From assembly GCA_964016885.1 (NCBI GenBank), contig OZ024743.1, positions 5,580,001 to 5,644,000 of the forward strand: 64,000 nt of DNA, written 5' to 3'. Position 1 is the first letter of the stretch. Every line of letters starts with the position of its first letter. The stretch comes from Eledone cirrhosa (taxonomy: Eukaryota). Positions 39,401 to 50,427 of the stretch are shown piece by piece. Below the pieces are notes generated by a model. The model was not told the origin of the DNA and searched no databases. It saw nothing but the letters and a program-made list of their open reading frames with translations. Position numbers and translations under genes: made by a program.

Positions 39401-42400
39401 CAAACTGAGTCAGTACTTAATCAGGGCTACTGACCCCTCAGATGGGTCAATGGCCTGCATCTCACATGTGATCCTGCCTTCTACTAAGTGCATTTTATCG
39501 TGACACTAGCACTAGGGAGGTTGTTATGTCTTTGACAAAACTGAAGGGTCTTCCTGGCCTTTTGTTTGGCATGTTTTCTATAGTTAGGTTTCCTTCTTAT
39601 CACCAACCACAGTCTAAAGAGTACTAACTACTCTACATTGTCTCCATTCATTCAAAGCAACATTACCAAAAGATAGAGAAATGACAGAAGAAGGAACAAA
39701 GTGAGTGGATGAGGGGTGCACATATATGATAGGAGAAACAGGCTGAATTGGTGAGGGGAGGTTGTAGGGGTGTGTGTAATGGAAGAGAGACAGAGTTAGA
39801 GGTAATAATTGTTTCTACTTTTAGCACAAGGCCAGCAATTACCCAGTGCATTACTGGTACTTTATTTTATCGACCCCGAAAGGATGAAAGGCAAAGTTAA
39901 CCTCAGCGAGATTTGAACTCAGAATGGCAAGGGCCGACCCTCTACCGATACTGCCAATCCGCAAGAGAGAGAGTAATGAGAAAAGGGAGCAGGATGATGA
40001 TAGGCAGTGCTGAGGGAGCAGTAATGGATAGGGAGAGGGTAATGGATGAGGAGAGAGTAAATGATGGGGAAAGAGTGATGGCTATATATATAATATATAA
40101 CTGACTAAATAATAGTGTTGTTCATAAGACCTATGAGCCAGCTTTAATATACTGCCACAGAGTAATAGATTTTACATTGTTACATGTTATGATCATAAGT
40201 GTGTAACAACAGATAACACGGCACAGAGAAATTCTTCTTCTTCTTTGTCCACTTATTCCTGAGAGGGTTGTGGGGGCAGTATCCTGAAACACTTATTCCA
40301 GCGGGTCCTGTCAGAAGCAACCGTCTCCAATTGATCTGGCTGGATCCCCACGTGAGACCAGCCAAGCTCATGTCTATAGTATCGGAGCTATGATCTCTCA
40401 ATTTGGAGAAGTAGTGGCTTTACCTGGAGTGACTCTCTGATCTCCGAGGTACATACTCTATTGAGTAACGTTACTCCAAAGACCTTTCAGAGGAACATCA
40501 TTTCAGCTGCTTGTATTCATGATCATAATCTTTCGGTCATTACCCAAAATTCATGATCATAGGTAATTCTGAATTGAAAAACTATTGAACTTCTGTCAGC
40601 ATGAGAAAGTGGTGATTAAAACACTACTGAGACCAATAACAGTGATGATGAAGCAGATACTCTATTTACTGAGATTGGTTCTAAGAAATAAGTTGCTATT
40701 TTTTATGTTACTCTTGCCCCAAATATTTATATTAAAATAAAATAAATTTTAAAAATGTCAGCTTACCTGAACTGAATGGAAAAGACAAAAGTTGTAATAT
40801 TTTACTTTGCATAATTTCAAAAAATTCAGACAACCTGTAAGATTAAAAAAATAAAAGGGAATTACTTGAAAGAAAAAAATAATAAAATCTCAATTATCAA
40901 GGAAAAAAAATAAATACAACAAAACTTATAACTATTAGGAGAAATATTGTCCATGCCATGGTTGGAATTATCAAAAGATGAAAGATAAATTTACTTCAAT
41001 TATCTTAATCATTTTGATACCAACCCACCATACTCTGAACACCTTGCTTCTCTGGGCATGGATACATTGAAGCTCCATCGTCTGGCAACTGTTTTGGTAA
41101 ACACCCACAAAATTATTAACCATCTTTCCAACAACAACCCTGAGCACAATTTTGAATTCCATGTGTCTAACAACCATGGGCATGCCTACAAAGTCAGAAA
41201 ACAGCACAATTCCCATGACTTTCAGAAACATTTTCTCATGATCAGAGTTGCTGAAGCATGGAACCAACTACCTGCATCAGTTGTTAGCTATCAGGACACT
41301 GCATCCTTCAAAACTTCCATGCTTCCCGAAATTCGCCAACACTACACCTGATATTCTCCCTCCATACACATGCACGCATGTATCTGTGTGTATATCATGA
41401 CTCATACACTGTTCACTTTCCTGACATTTGTACATTATTCTATGTACTATACATGTAACTTTGATGAGGTGTAGTGCACACAATAATGTTCATTATCATC
41501 ATCAATACTGCCCCTGGTTCTATGAAAAAAAACTACTCCTTTTTAAGGGTTCCTATTTAAATTAAAATCCTCCAATATAATTTGTGTGTCCCGGGTGGCT
41601 TGGATCTCTGGAAAAGGACCTAAGCAATGGCAATCAGAAGTGATAATCCCAATTTTCAAAAAGGGAGACAAGAGAGATTGTTCCAATTACAGCACAACCG
41701 ACCAAATATTCACACTGCGGCAGGTCTTCGAGAAATCATGGGAGTATTGCCAAGAGGTATATTCATGTTTTGTTGACCTTGAAAAGGCATACAACTGCGT
41801 TCATCATAACCTACTGTGGAAGGTTCTGCAGGAGTATAGGATCGATGATCAGCTCCTGCCTGCACTGATGTCTCTATACGAATGCACGAGTATTTATGTT
41901 AGGATAAATAGTGCTGAATTGAGACGATTCAATGTGGGAGTCAGACTCCGCCAAGGGTGTGTACTGTCACCTCTCCTCTTCATTATTTACATGAACAAAA
42001 TTCACATACGCAGCCAGGCCGGAAGTGGTATCATGACGTTACTCGATAGAGTGCATAGCTCAGAGATCAGAGAGTCACTCCAGGTAGAGTGGCTACTTCT
42101 CCGAATTGAGAGATTACAGCTCCAATACTATGGGCATGTGGTTAGAATGTCTCAGGAAAGAATCGCACTGCCATCCTTTTCCTGGCTAACCAAATTTTTT
42201 TTTAATTGAAAAATAGCAGCAACAGCCTTTAATCACCATCTTAATAGCTTTTATATTTATTATGACAAATATACAATATTATGGGGTCGATAAAATAAAG
42301 TACCAGTCAAGCACTGGGGTCGATTTAATCGACTTTCCCCTCCCCCAAAATCACTGGCCTTGTGCCTATATAAGAAACCAATATTATACACACAAAATAA

Positions 42401-44805
42401 TGTATTATCTTCATCAGTTATTTTTGTTTGTGTTCTTTTTTGTTTATTTTTTTTAATTGTACATATGGAACAAAGGATTTTTATAGCTAGGTTCCTTTGT
42501 TATTTTTCTAACCTCCACATGCAAAATTTATCCTGTCAGTTTCTGTTCTCATGGCATCATCTGATCATTGCTTAATGAAGCCAACCCACCCTACATTGAC
42601 TTACCACAAACAATCTCACCCACCCCCAATTCTTTCAATCATTATAAACATTTTTGATGTCTAGTCATTTATATTATTGTACATCATATTGTGATTGCCA
42701 TATTGATAATATGGCAAGTACAGATTATGTTGTTTTGCTGAAGAAAAAAATGACCTTCAACAAATAGCAAATCTCACCCTGCTGGCTAAGGAAAAGACAC
42801 ATTGAACAATATAGTCCTGGGTGCACTATGCCTGGTTTAAAATGGAATAGTCATGTAGAATGTTATTGATTATACGTCTGCTCAATAAGGGCTGACCTAA
42901 AACTAAATAATAGGCATTTCTTTTATCATCTTGAGTCTCTTTCCCTACTCCCTTACCATTGTAGTTTCCATGGTACCATATGTACTGATGACCTGTTTTC
43001 TCTATATATCATATAACTGCAATCACTCACACTTGAGAACTTCAGTGAAAGGAATGTTATTGCCTTTGACAATATCTGGCTTGAACAAAAGCACATTAGC
43101 TAAGTTACTACTTGTTTAAAGGCTCCAAGAGTCTTTCAATTAGTTCAAAAATGCTTTAGACTACTTCATGACAACGTGTGTTGCCAAGGCTTTCTCTGGC
43201 CCACATTATATGAACTCTATGTGTGACAAAGAAACACTTGCATCACCCACATTCTTCCTAGTCTATGTTTATATGATACTTTATAGGAATATTAAATCGA
43301 CACCAATACTAAAGTGCCAATTGTCTTATTTTTATCGACTTCAGAAGGAAAAAGAGCAAAGTTGGTCTCAGCCAGTTTGAACTCAGAACATGAAGGGTTT
43401 TAAGTGCAATCAGTTTGTATGAAGCTCTATTTTGAGGAGTTTTTAACAATGATAATATAGGGAATTTCAAAATAGTAATAATTTGCATTTATTAAAAATG
43501 ATACCTCAGCCTGTCGGTTGGAGCAAATAAAAGAGTCACAATACTAATAATAAACAGTTCACTCTGTATACAAGACCAGATTCTAGGATGTGTATATATT
43601 TTGGTCCAAGAAATTCATTTATAGTGTAAATGTTCATCGAAATATATTCTCTTCGATCAATGTTTAAGGTATCACTGTCAGTAGCTCTCAAAATAAGAAA
43701 GGTAAATACCTCATCAGATTCACTCATTTTGCATACTCTGCTTCTGCACGCGAACGTGCAAACACCAACACATACACAAATGCACACACATGCACGCACA
43801 CACACAAACACATATACAAGACGGCGAAGGAACCCTAAGCCAAATGTGCATATATATATATATATACGTAATGAATCTAGTGAATCCTACAAGACATTTT
43901 TTTTCTTACATTAAGATCTATAGACAAGAATTACCCAATTTTCTTATAAGATAATCAAAGTTCGATGCAATATTCTATTGTTGCAAACGAAATATATTTT
44001 AATTCTAATTCGACAGAATCATTTTCAAGTCTCTTATTAGCTGTTATCTTCAGTTCGATTAGTGAGGAATCTACTGTTTTTTTCAATATACTGTTTTTAT
44101 ATTTGTGATAGTGTCGGTCTAGGCAGTTTGTGCACGTGAACCGCAGTATTGTATCGGTTAACGAAACGTTATTTATGTAGTCTAGGGAAAAACACAATGA
44201 GCACCACAATCTTATTTTTCCTCCCGCAAGTGCCAGTATGAGAGATCGATACATTTATTGCTTAACATGTTATAATGTTTTTGGTAAATATTATGAAAGC
44301 TTATTTATGCATGAATTTTAGAATGTGGTAATTAAGTTTATCATTTCACAAGAACAGTTTAAAAGAATAAACTATTCACGGAAAAATGTATCTTTACCTT
44401 ACAGAATTAATTGTTATTGCAATAAATCATACAACGTTTTTGTTTTGTTTTCAAGCTATGTGAATAGAATGACAAGAAAAAGGTGAAAGTCTGTTGAATC
44501 GAATTCCTAAAAACTATGAGTGTTTAACGTTAATTTGCATGCTAAAATAAAAAAACACAATTATGAATAGCTTTTTCACTTAATGTGAGAAACAGACTAC
44601 AAAGCATACCACGCTTGTACTAATGTTTAAAGTTTACATAAAACCGATACACATGCAAAATTAAAACTGAAGATTTACAGAGAAAAATTGTTTTAGAAAC
44701 ACACTATAAAATAATATTGTATGAAATAGACGTACTATTTGGTCTTTCTTTGATATATAAATCAATCACTATATCGCCTAATGATGTTTCCAAAAGCACC
44801 GCCAT
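17787..44805 (-). CDS. PPIL4: Peptidyl-prolyl isomerase-like 4 (cyclophilin + RRM + K/RS-rich tail); whole gene span, 13 coding exons, 521 aa
   Basis: Exons assembled by hand with GT-AG sites and consistent phases (70,68,65,118,143,97,117,125,67,112,82,181,321 nt = 1566 nt). The protein runs [17 protein letters not shown]...[15 protein letters not shown]...[19 protein letters not shown], diagnostic of PPIL4/Cyp59. Confidence 0.97.
19269..19449 (-). CDS. PPIL4: PPIL4 exon 12 ([11 protein letters not shown]...poly-K...ERPSK)
   Basis: cag/gtatga boundaries; KYELVL motif and lysine-rich tract, in phase. Confidence 0.88.
21004..21351. mobile_element. Fold-back element with perfect 103-bp inverted repeat and a decayed hammerhead, in PPIL4 intron 11
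   Basis: 21045-21147 is the exact reverse complement of 21249-21351; inner 24-bp palindrome 21146-21169; HHR-like 21195-21232; (TA)n both sides. Confidence 0.7.
21439..21520 (-). CDS. PPIL4: PPIL4 exon 11 ([27 protein letters not shown])
   Basis: ttacag acceptor and gtatcc donor; phase 1 in and phase 2 out fit the flanking exons. Confidence 0.85.
22697..26330 (-). mobile_element. RTE-clade LINE, near full length, in PPIL4 intron 10 (same strand as host)
   Basis: Single long ORF, ~500-nt 3' UTR, (GAT)n tail at 22697-22718; 5' UTR short or truncated; no TSD recognised. Confidence 0.95.
23204..26320 (-). CDS. RTE LINE ORF: APE endonuclease + reverse transcriptase + PHD-like Cys/His finger (first ATG at 26305)
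   Basis: APE motifs GTMNV, IQET, GDLNGH, VDYIL, SQHR; RT motifs [20 protein letters not shown]; uninterrupted 1038 codons. Confidence 0.95.
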   Translation of the reverse strand: MFRPRMANITPSPPAPHRSHPPNAIQNFRVGTMNVGTLKGRSNEVVEMLERKEVDVCCIQETRWRGGSARFIVGKERCYKLFWVGNDNGLGGVGIMVAEKWADKIIDVNRVNDRIIKTRLVLNKTTVTVISAYAPQSGQPRAIKDRFYETLMLATSQITDSDYIVIAGDLNGHVGQHCDGYDGIHGGYGFGTRNEEGSRILEFCDANNLTICNTNFKKRDNHLITYRSGEHTSQVDYILTRRRDRVSVVNTKSHPHEEFTSQHRLIISDLIVRTRRTRQRKRTILRRKIWKLKDPIARNKFQSKLLDAFDSKEEQLESYNIEEQWEFLRANLLTAADEVCGWSRPVGRRRVTWWWNSKVEESIKAKKQAWKVWRDGGSREDYQVARREARRQVYFARREAEERKFKHVLQREDQKREVFRIARQCVKENRDIVGEKCVLNDDGILAITDADKKVAWKCHYERLLNEENKWEKDSLPQIDPIEGPAVLVEGSIISKAIKDMKTGKAAGPSEIVAEMLKASGSVGHTMVTRIVNQVVQNGVVPKEWRSSIIVNCYKGKGDALDRSNYRGIKLIDQVMKVTEKVIAQLIRERIDLDEMQFGFVSGKSTTDALFIVRQLQEKYLAKSKPLYLAFVDLEKAFDRVPRSIIWWSLRKLGVDEWLVRAIQAMYKETVSKVRINNEYSEEFSVKVGVHQGSVLSPLLFIIALQAITEEFKTGCPWELLYADDLTLIAESMTELEKKFQTWKHGLESKGLKINLAKTKVLVCRKENKAAVPSGKWPCSVCRKGVGRNSILCPKCKVWVHKRCSGITGKLTKNIDFTCGRCSGAISSSKCPQNTSSFNCAEGSIEIVDSFRYLGDKISSGGGCSESTVARVRTGWKKFRELIPLLAARGFSLKMKGRLYDACIRTAMLHGSETWALCAEDIRRLERNEACMLRWMCNSNIRERQSINELRKKLEIRGIRCCLLERRLRWYGHVMRMKDDSCITKCRAIKIDGSHGVGRPRKTWDELINSDLTRLHLSKTMSLDRDLWRYSVIEKTRLT
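26692..26906. mobile_element. Second piggyBac-type MITE family (related: ~1352-1596, 32650-32858)
   Basis: CCCTTT...AAAGGG|TTAA ends; shared internal gagaaagttatat..ctaaat and gaaaatcataggc. Confidence 0.6.
27789..27900 (-). CDS. PPIL4: PPIL4 exon 10 ([37 protein letters not shown])
   Basis: tag/gtattg boundaries; overlaps ORF 27682..27870. Confidence 0.97.
28755..28821 (-). CDS. PPIL4: PPIL4 exon 9 ([22 protein letters not shown])
   Basis: tag/gttaat boundaries; RNP1 LQYAFIEF. Confidence 0.96.
29011..30492. repeat. ~47-bp minisatellite, about 30 units, in PPIL4 intron 8
   Basis: Consensus ctatttagctgctatttctagcacacctatggaccaccatgaggttccc; some units carry a 9-nt gatgtagct insertion. Confidence 0.95.
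30503..30695 (-). mobile_element. tRNA-derived SINE with TSD
   Basis: aggtgctattaaatt(aat) at 30488 and 30696. Confidence 0.85.
31391..31576 (-). mobile_element. tRNA-derived SINE with TSD
   Basis: aaaagtcaaataat at 31381 and 31577. Confidence 0.85.
32124..32248 (-). CDS. PPIL4: PPIL4 exon 8 ([41 protein letters not shown]), RRM start
   Basis: tag/gtaagc boundaries; RNP2 LFVCKL. Confidence 0.97.
33009..33125 (-). CDS. PPIL4: PPIL4 exon 7 ([12 protein letters not shown]...[12 protein letters not shown])
   Basis: tag/gtaagt boundaries. Confidence 0.95.
34135..34231 (-). CDS. PPIL4: PPIL4 exon 6 ([32 protein letters not shown])
   Basis: cag/gtaaaa boundaries; overlaps ORF 34060..34263. Confidence 0.95.
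34781..34923 (-). CDS. PPIL4: PPIL4 exon 5 ([26 protein letters not shown]...PFRDI)
   Basis: tag/gtgagg boundaries; LDG-HTVFG cyclophilin motif. Confidence 0.96.
35229..35432. mobile_element. piggyBac-type MITE
   Basis: TTAA TSD; CCCTTTAGCATTT / AAATGCTAAGGG termini. Confidence 0.75.
35628..35815 (-). mobile_element. tRNA-derived SINE
   Basis: Same family. Confidence 0.8.
35930..36966 (+). mobile_element. RTE 3'UTR-type fragment (35930-36240) fused to a 5'-truncated RTE of a second subfamily (36245-36966)
   Basis: ORF 36228..36956 matches the RTE C-terminus ([22 protein letters not shown]); tail ggacgtaaaatgatgatga. Confidence 0.9.
37318..37470. repeat. ~28-30-bp degenerate tandem repeat
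   Basis: (atgattgctgagccagattcaactgaat)n, about 5 units. Confidence 0.8.
37739..37856 (-). CDS. PPIL4: PPIL4 exon 4 ([39 protein letters not shown])
   Basis: cag/gtaaat boundaries; overlaps ORF 37718..37903. Confidence 0.96.
38726..38790 (-). CDS. PPIL4: PPIL4 exon 3 ([21 protein letters not shown])
   Basis: tag acceptor, gtaag donor; cyclophilin QTGDP-G-GGES motif. Confidence 0.96.
39805..39960 (-). mobile_element. tRNA-derived SINE with internal deletion
   Basis: Same family; lacks ~32 nt between two 'ccg' motifs. Confidence 0.8.
40230..40565 (-). mobile_element. Decayed RTE-like 3' fragment
   Basis: Minus strand encodes remnants WVMTER..IQAAEM..GVTLL.RV..EIR; ends in gaagaagaag; related to 8808-8990. 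Confidence 0.65.
40767..40834 (-). CDS. PPIL4: PPIL4 exon 2 ([23 protein letters not shown])
   Basis: ttacag acceptor, gtaagc donor. Confidence 0.96.
41010..41500 (+). mobile_element. CR1-type LINE 3' fragment (same family as 46.5-48.2 kb)
   Basis: ORF 41058..41351 closely matches ORF 47793..48086; same 3'UTR. Confidence 0.9.
41586..42170 (+). mobile_element. Decayed RTE-like RT fragment of a third family
   Basis: [47 protein letters not shown] with internal deletions. Confidence 0.85.
44736..44805 (-). CDS. PPIL4: PPIL4 coding exon 1 ([23 protein letters not shown])
   Basis: ATG at 44805; donor GTACGT follows 44736. Confidence 0.95.
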
Positions 44806-44808
44806 CTT
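44799..44808 (-). promoter_or_regulatory. YY1-type motif AAGATGGCGG overlapping the PPIL4 start codon
   Basis: Exact match to the YY1/initiator-Kozak overlap common in housekeeping genes; function inferred. Confidence 0.5.
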
Positions 44809-46494
44809 TCCATGTGAGTGACTTCCCTTTAAAAAAAACATTCTCATCTCCAGTTTTAATGAACAGTAAAGTACATCACGCTTAATTTGTAAGTACTACA
44901 ATTTGTATGGTTGAATGGAGAAGTTTACATCAGAATCATTGTGTCTTGGTGCCTTTGGCAAGCTTAAACTACCACAACCTCAAGCCGATCTAAGATTTTT
45001 GAGTGAAATTAGGTCGATGGAAACTGAAAGTACGCCAGATTGACTGATCCTATTATATAAACTGATAGTCTTGTTACACGCCGTGTAATGGTGATTTGGT
45101 TTCAGTATTACGTTAAAGGTATAATGTCTGTAGAATATTGAATCACACTATAATTTAATGATCAGTTCAGTTGATCGAACAACTAAAATACTGAGGATCC
45201 GTTTACTACCAATCTCACTATTGAACATCCAACCACCAAAATATGTTGCTACCTTTCAGTTTTAGATGAATTTATTCCTTGCTTGGGTCCAGTGCCAGAT
45301 GATTTACCATTGCACATGGCCCCGTTGACCGGGGGGGGGGGGGGCAACTTCCTACCAAAAACATGTTTACGATGAATTTTTCAACCGTTATTCAAAGTAA
45401 GGAGCCTCATAACTTAACTAGCACAGAGCCTCATTTGTCCTAAATCCGGCACCGGTAGGGCCTCCGCTCATATATCAGTCTACTCGAGTTAGGAAGTCCA
45501 CCTTTTTTTTTTTCATGTTTATTGAATGAAATAAGCAGTGTCTCCGGTTTGCATTTAGAAATTATGTTTTAGCAAGTTATTTAACCACTATGCTAGTCGA
45601 TTTACGTATTGTACCTAAACTAAGATCAGTCACACACAAAAAAAAACCCAAAAGCTTCAGTTTAGTCATAACCGAGCAGACCTATAATCTAAGATGTTCC
45701 AACATTAGACCATTCACGGTGGGAATGTTAAAAGACAAACGCTCTCAATCACACTGACACTTCCCTCTAAACATATTTTAGACAACCCACAACACTTATT
45801 CAAGACACAGGCAAAGCGTCAACCCAATTTCCAGAAAATCTAGTACTTGCAGAAGGTAATCGATGCTTGATCCAATTAATCGAAAAGATATTTCCACTAT
45901 AAATTGACCCAGTTTCTGTGTTGATTTATGCTGATCTGGAACTAACAAACCAAGCTAATCCATGGTAGTAGAGATTCGTCCGGCTCCTTGTTGGAGTTAG
46001 CTAATCTATAAAGATGATTTCCACCAAAAGAGGAGTAAGCATGAATGAATAGAAAAGAGTATTTACGCTAATCCAGACCTCCGAAAGTACGGGCAACTCA
46101 GCCAATGCAAGGGATTATAATGAAGGTTTAATATTGATCAAACGTTTACATTTCGCATAAATAAAATCGTCAAAAGGTTAAAGAAAGGGTGAGGAACTAG
46201 CTCAAAAGATTAGCATATTTTAAAGAATAAATGACATCCATATGAAAAACAATAGTTTGGTTAGTGTTAACATATTTAATGCAGTGAACATGCAAAAGTT
46301 AATTAGTCATAATTTTATGGTAAGAAAAAGATATGTCAATCGTTTATTGTATTTATTATACAGAGCATATAAATAAATTTACAGTAGAATAACATAACAA
46401 ATATGTTTTAAATATATACATAAATAACATTACAAATGCTTAGATGACATTATAAATTGCTCGCGATTCTTTCAGAAAGATATATTCTTTTCAT

Positions 46495-48250
46495 GTTACA
46501 GATCACTGACAATCCCAAAGAATGCGCAGAACTCATTGCTGAGTACTATGCAAGCATTTTTACTGTTGAAAACCAGAATGTACCATCTCTAACATCAAAT
46601 TCCATAAGAACTATGGAATTTACACCTGCAATGCTGCGACGTCACCTTAAGAATAAGCGCAACTATGCCTCCCCTGGTCTTGATGGTGTTACATACCTGC
46701 TTCTCAAACGTGGCGGGTACGTCCTTTTGCACCAGCTTTCTTCTTTCAATAGTGTCTCAACAATGGTGCTACTCCGGAGCAGTGGAAAACTGCCAGTGTC
46801 ATTCCCCTGTTCAAAAAGGGCAACCGCATGTCACCTGTCAACTATCGTCCAGTCAGTCTTACTAGCTGTATTGCCAAACTGATGGAATCCTGTGTCAGAG
46901 AAACACTTTGGAACTTCTGGAGCTCTCACAGCCTCATCCGGCCCTTGCAATTTCGATTTATCCCTAACTCCAGCTGCTGTGATCAGCTTATCGAGTTCCT
47001 TGAAGACATTACCCGGATCACTGGCAGCGGCTCATGGGTGGATGTTGTTTACCTTGACTTCGCTAAGACTTTTAATTCTGTGCCACACAAAAGACTTATG
47101 GCGAAACTCTCTGCAATGGGTGTGAGGGATGATCTTTTTAACTGGTTGAAATCCTTCTTTCTCAGCCGAAAGGAAGTAGTCACAGTTCTAGGACAGCATT
47201 CTTCACCATATGAGATGTCATCTGGTGTACCACGGGGATCTGTTCTTGGTCCCCTTTTGTTTGTGGCATATATTAATGACATAGATGCCAACTTAAAGAA
47301 TGCCACGGTACTGAAATATGCAGATGACATCAAGCTGTACCTTGAAATCAAAAGGACTGATCCTGAAATTTACAACTCTTTCCTACAATCAGACCTGGAC
47401 ACAATGCAGTAATGGATCAGAGACTGACAATTGAAGCTGGCTGTGGACAAGTGTACCACCATGCATTTTGGAAGGAAAAATCCAGCGTCCACATACTCCC
47501 TCCACAACACTGATATCAAGAAGTCCTCTTGTGAACGTGACCTGGGCATTACTGTCAGCAGCGATTTGCGTTGGACAAAGCATGTCTCTAAGATTGTCAA
47601 GAAGGCCGAGGGTGTCTTGGCATCACTCAGCAAGACCTTTGTTAGCCGCTCTCCAGCCATCTATTTAAAGCAGTCTGGAACCCCTATCTTGCTCAGAACA
47701 TTGACCTCCTGGAAATCGTTCAGAGACGTACAACCAAGCGCATACCCTCCATCAGACACCTACCATACTCTGAACGCCTTGCTTCCCTGGGCATGGATTC
47801 ATTGAAGCTCCGACGTCTGGCAATGGACTTGGTAAACACCCACAAAGTTATTAACCATCTTGTCAACAACAACTCTGAGCACCTTTTTGATCTCCATGTG
47901 TCTAACACACGTGGGCATGCCTACAAAATCAGAAAACAGCACAGCTCCCATGACTTTCGGAAACATTTTTTCACACTTAGAGTTGCTGAAGCATGGAACA
48001 AACTGCCTGCGTCAGTTGTTAGCTGCCGAGACACTGCATCCTTTAAAACCCTCATGCTTCCCGAAATTCGTCAAAACTACACCTGATGTACCCCTTCCAT
48101 ACGCATGCACACGTGTATATCATGACTCATGCACTGTTCATTTTCCTGACGTTTGTACATTACCCTATGTACTATATATACACTTTTGATGAGTTGTAGT
48201 GCACCTGAGCACTGTACACAATATTTTCATTATTATTTTTATCATTATAT
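46495..48250 (+). mobile_element. CR1-type LINE, 5'-truncated and frameshifted
   Basis: NYRPVSLTSC, YLDFAK, GVPRGSVLGP, YADD, C-terminal TRGH..K...FFTLRVAEAWNKLP; (TAT)n tail. Confidence 0.9.
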
Positions 48251-48400
48251 TAAAGAAAATGTAAAGAAAGGGGTGAATAACCGAGGTAACACCAGAGCAA
48301 AAGACAGCAATGTCGCGAGGAGTACTGGGCAACCTCTCTAATGATTTTTCAGGTAAGCCAGCACACTCCCTCGGGTGATGGCGATTTTCTTTCCTCAAAT

Positions 48401-50427
48401 AGCATGGAAGGCTTGGAAAAAGGGTGGGAGTAGGGAAGAATATACAGCCGCTAAGAGAGAAGCTAGACGACAGGTGTACTTAGCACGCAGGGAGGCTGAG
48501 AGTAGGACATTTGCCAATGTTCTGCGACGGGAAGATCAGAGGCGTGCGGTGTTCTACATTGCAAGGCAGTGTGTCAATGCAAATCAGGATGTTGTTGGAG
48601 ATAAATGTGTCCGGGATGATGCCGGTGTACTTAGTGTCACGAATGATCATAAAAAGGAGGCCTGGAAATGTCATTATGAGAGACTGATGAATGTGGAGAA
48701 CGAATGGGAGAGAGAGAAATTACCCTTAGTAGATCCGACAGAGGGACCAGCTATTGAGATTGATGAATATAGGGTCCAAGAGGCGATTAAGGAAATGAAA
48801 AATGGTAAGGCTGCTGGACCATCGGGAATAGTTGCTGAGATGCTGATGGCATCAGGGGACGTAGGCACTAAACTGGTTGCACGCATCATCAATCAGGCTA
48901 TATATGGTGGTGTCATACCCAAAGACTGGTGCAGCAGTATACTCACAAATTGCTACAAAGGTAAAGGGGATGCTCTGGAGAGGAGCAATTATAGGGGTAT
49001 AAAACTGATGGATCAGGTTATGAAAGTGGCAGAAAGGATATTAGCACAACTAATTAGAGAAAGGGTCAAACTAGATGAGATGCGGTTTGGTTTTGTGCCT
49101 GGGAAGAGTACAACAGATGCCCTCTTCTTGGTGAGACAATTGCAAGAGAGGTTCTTAGAGAAAAATAAGCCACTATACTTAAGCCTTTGTTGACCTAGAG
49201 AAGGCCTTTGATAGGGTACCCCGATCTGTCATCTGGTGGTCCCTAAGGAAACCAGGTGTTGAGGAATGGTTTGTGAGGACTGCAAACTTTGTACAGAGGT
49301 ACTCTCAGTAAAGTCAGGGTAGGAATAGAGTTTAGTGAGGAATTCCAGATACAAGTAGGAGTACATCAAGGATCGGTCCTCAGCCCGCTCTTGTTCATTA
49401 TAGTCCTCCAAGCCATAACAGAGGAGTTTAAGACTGGCTGTCCATGGGAACTGCTCTATGCTGACGATCTGGTTCTTATAGCAGAATCAGTAGAGGAGCT
49501 AGAGAATAAATTCTGGCTATGGAAACAGCAGTTGGCAGCAAGAGGACTGAGAGTGAACCTAGCTAAGACAAAAGTGTTGATGAGTAGAAAAGAGGACAAA
49601 ACTCTGATTCCGTCAGGGAAATGGCCATGTTTGATATGCAGAAAAGGAACTGGCATAAATTCTATAAAATGCACACAATGCAGATCCTGGGTACACACGA
49701 GATGTAGCGGGATAGCAGGCAAACTAGCAGGTAGAGAGAAATATGTATGCAGTAGATGTACAGGGAAATTAGACAGTAGAAGTTGCATTGATAGACACAT
49801 TTTTCAAATGTAGGAGGGTGCAATAGAAGTGGTGGATAGCTTCTGGTACCTAGGAGATCAGATTAGCATGGGAGGAGGGTGTTCCAAGGCTATAGTATCT
49901 AGAATAAGGACGGGTTGGAAGAAGTTTAGGGATCTGCTGACGAAGAAGGGTTTCTCCCTGTGTACGAAAAGCCGGTTGCATGATGCCTGTGTGAGGAGCG
50001 CGATGCTGCATGGTAGTGAGACATGGGCAGCAACTTCAGAGGATATGCGACGGCTGGAGAGAAATGAGGCAAGCATGCTCCGTTGGATGTGCAGTGTAAA
50101 TGTGCGTGAACGACCCAGCATGAATGTGTTGAGAGAGAAACTGTCTGAGAGGGATAGAATGTAGTGTACGGGAGAGGAGACTGAGGTGGTATGGACATGT
50201 GATGCGCATGGAGGATGACCGATGGGTGAAGAAATGCCAGTTGAAGGAAGACGTGGTAGAGGTAGACCATGAAAAACATGGGCGGAGGTGGTGAGAACAG
50301 ACCTCAGATCGTTGAAGCTCATGGTGGAGATGACGAAGGACGATGATGAGTGGAGAGATGCTGTGCTGAATAAGACCCGTCCCACCCTTGCGAGCTGGGA
50401 AGAGCGGACGTAAAATGATGATGATGA
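48401..50427 (+). mobile_element. 5'-truncated, frameshifted RTE LINE (second subfamily)
   Basis: ORFs 48375..49193, 49289..49813 and 49829..50164 are collinear with the intact RTE protein; YADD; (GAT)n tail. Confidence 0.93.

Noticed and set aside
43640-43725. Minus-strand CTGATGA followed by a ggtat/atacc stem
   Set aside because: No GAAA after the stem and no stem I or III complementarity; not a supportable hammerhead
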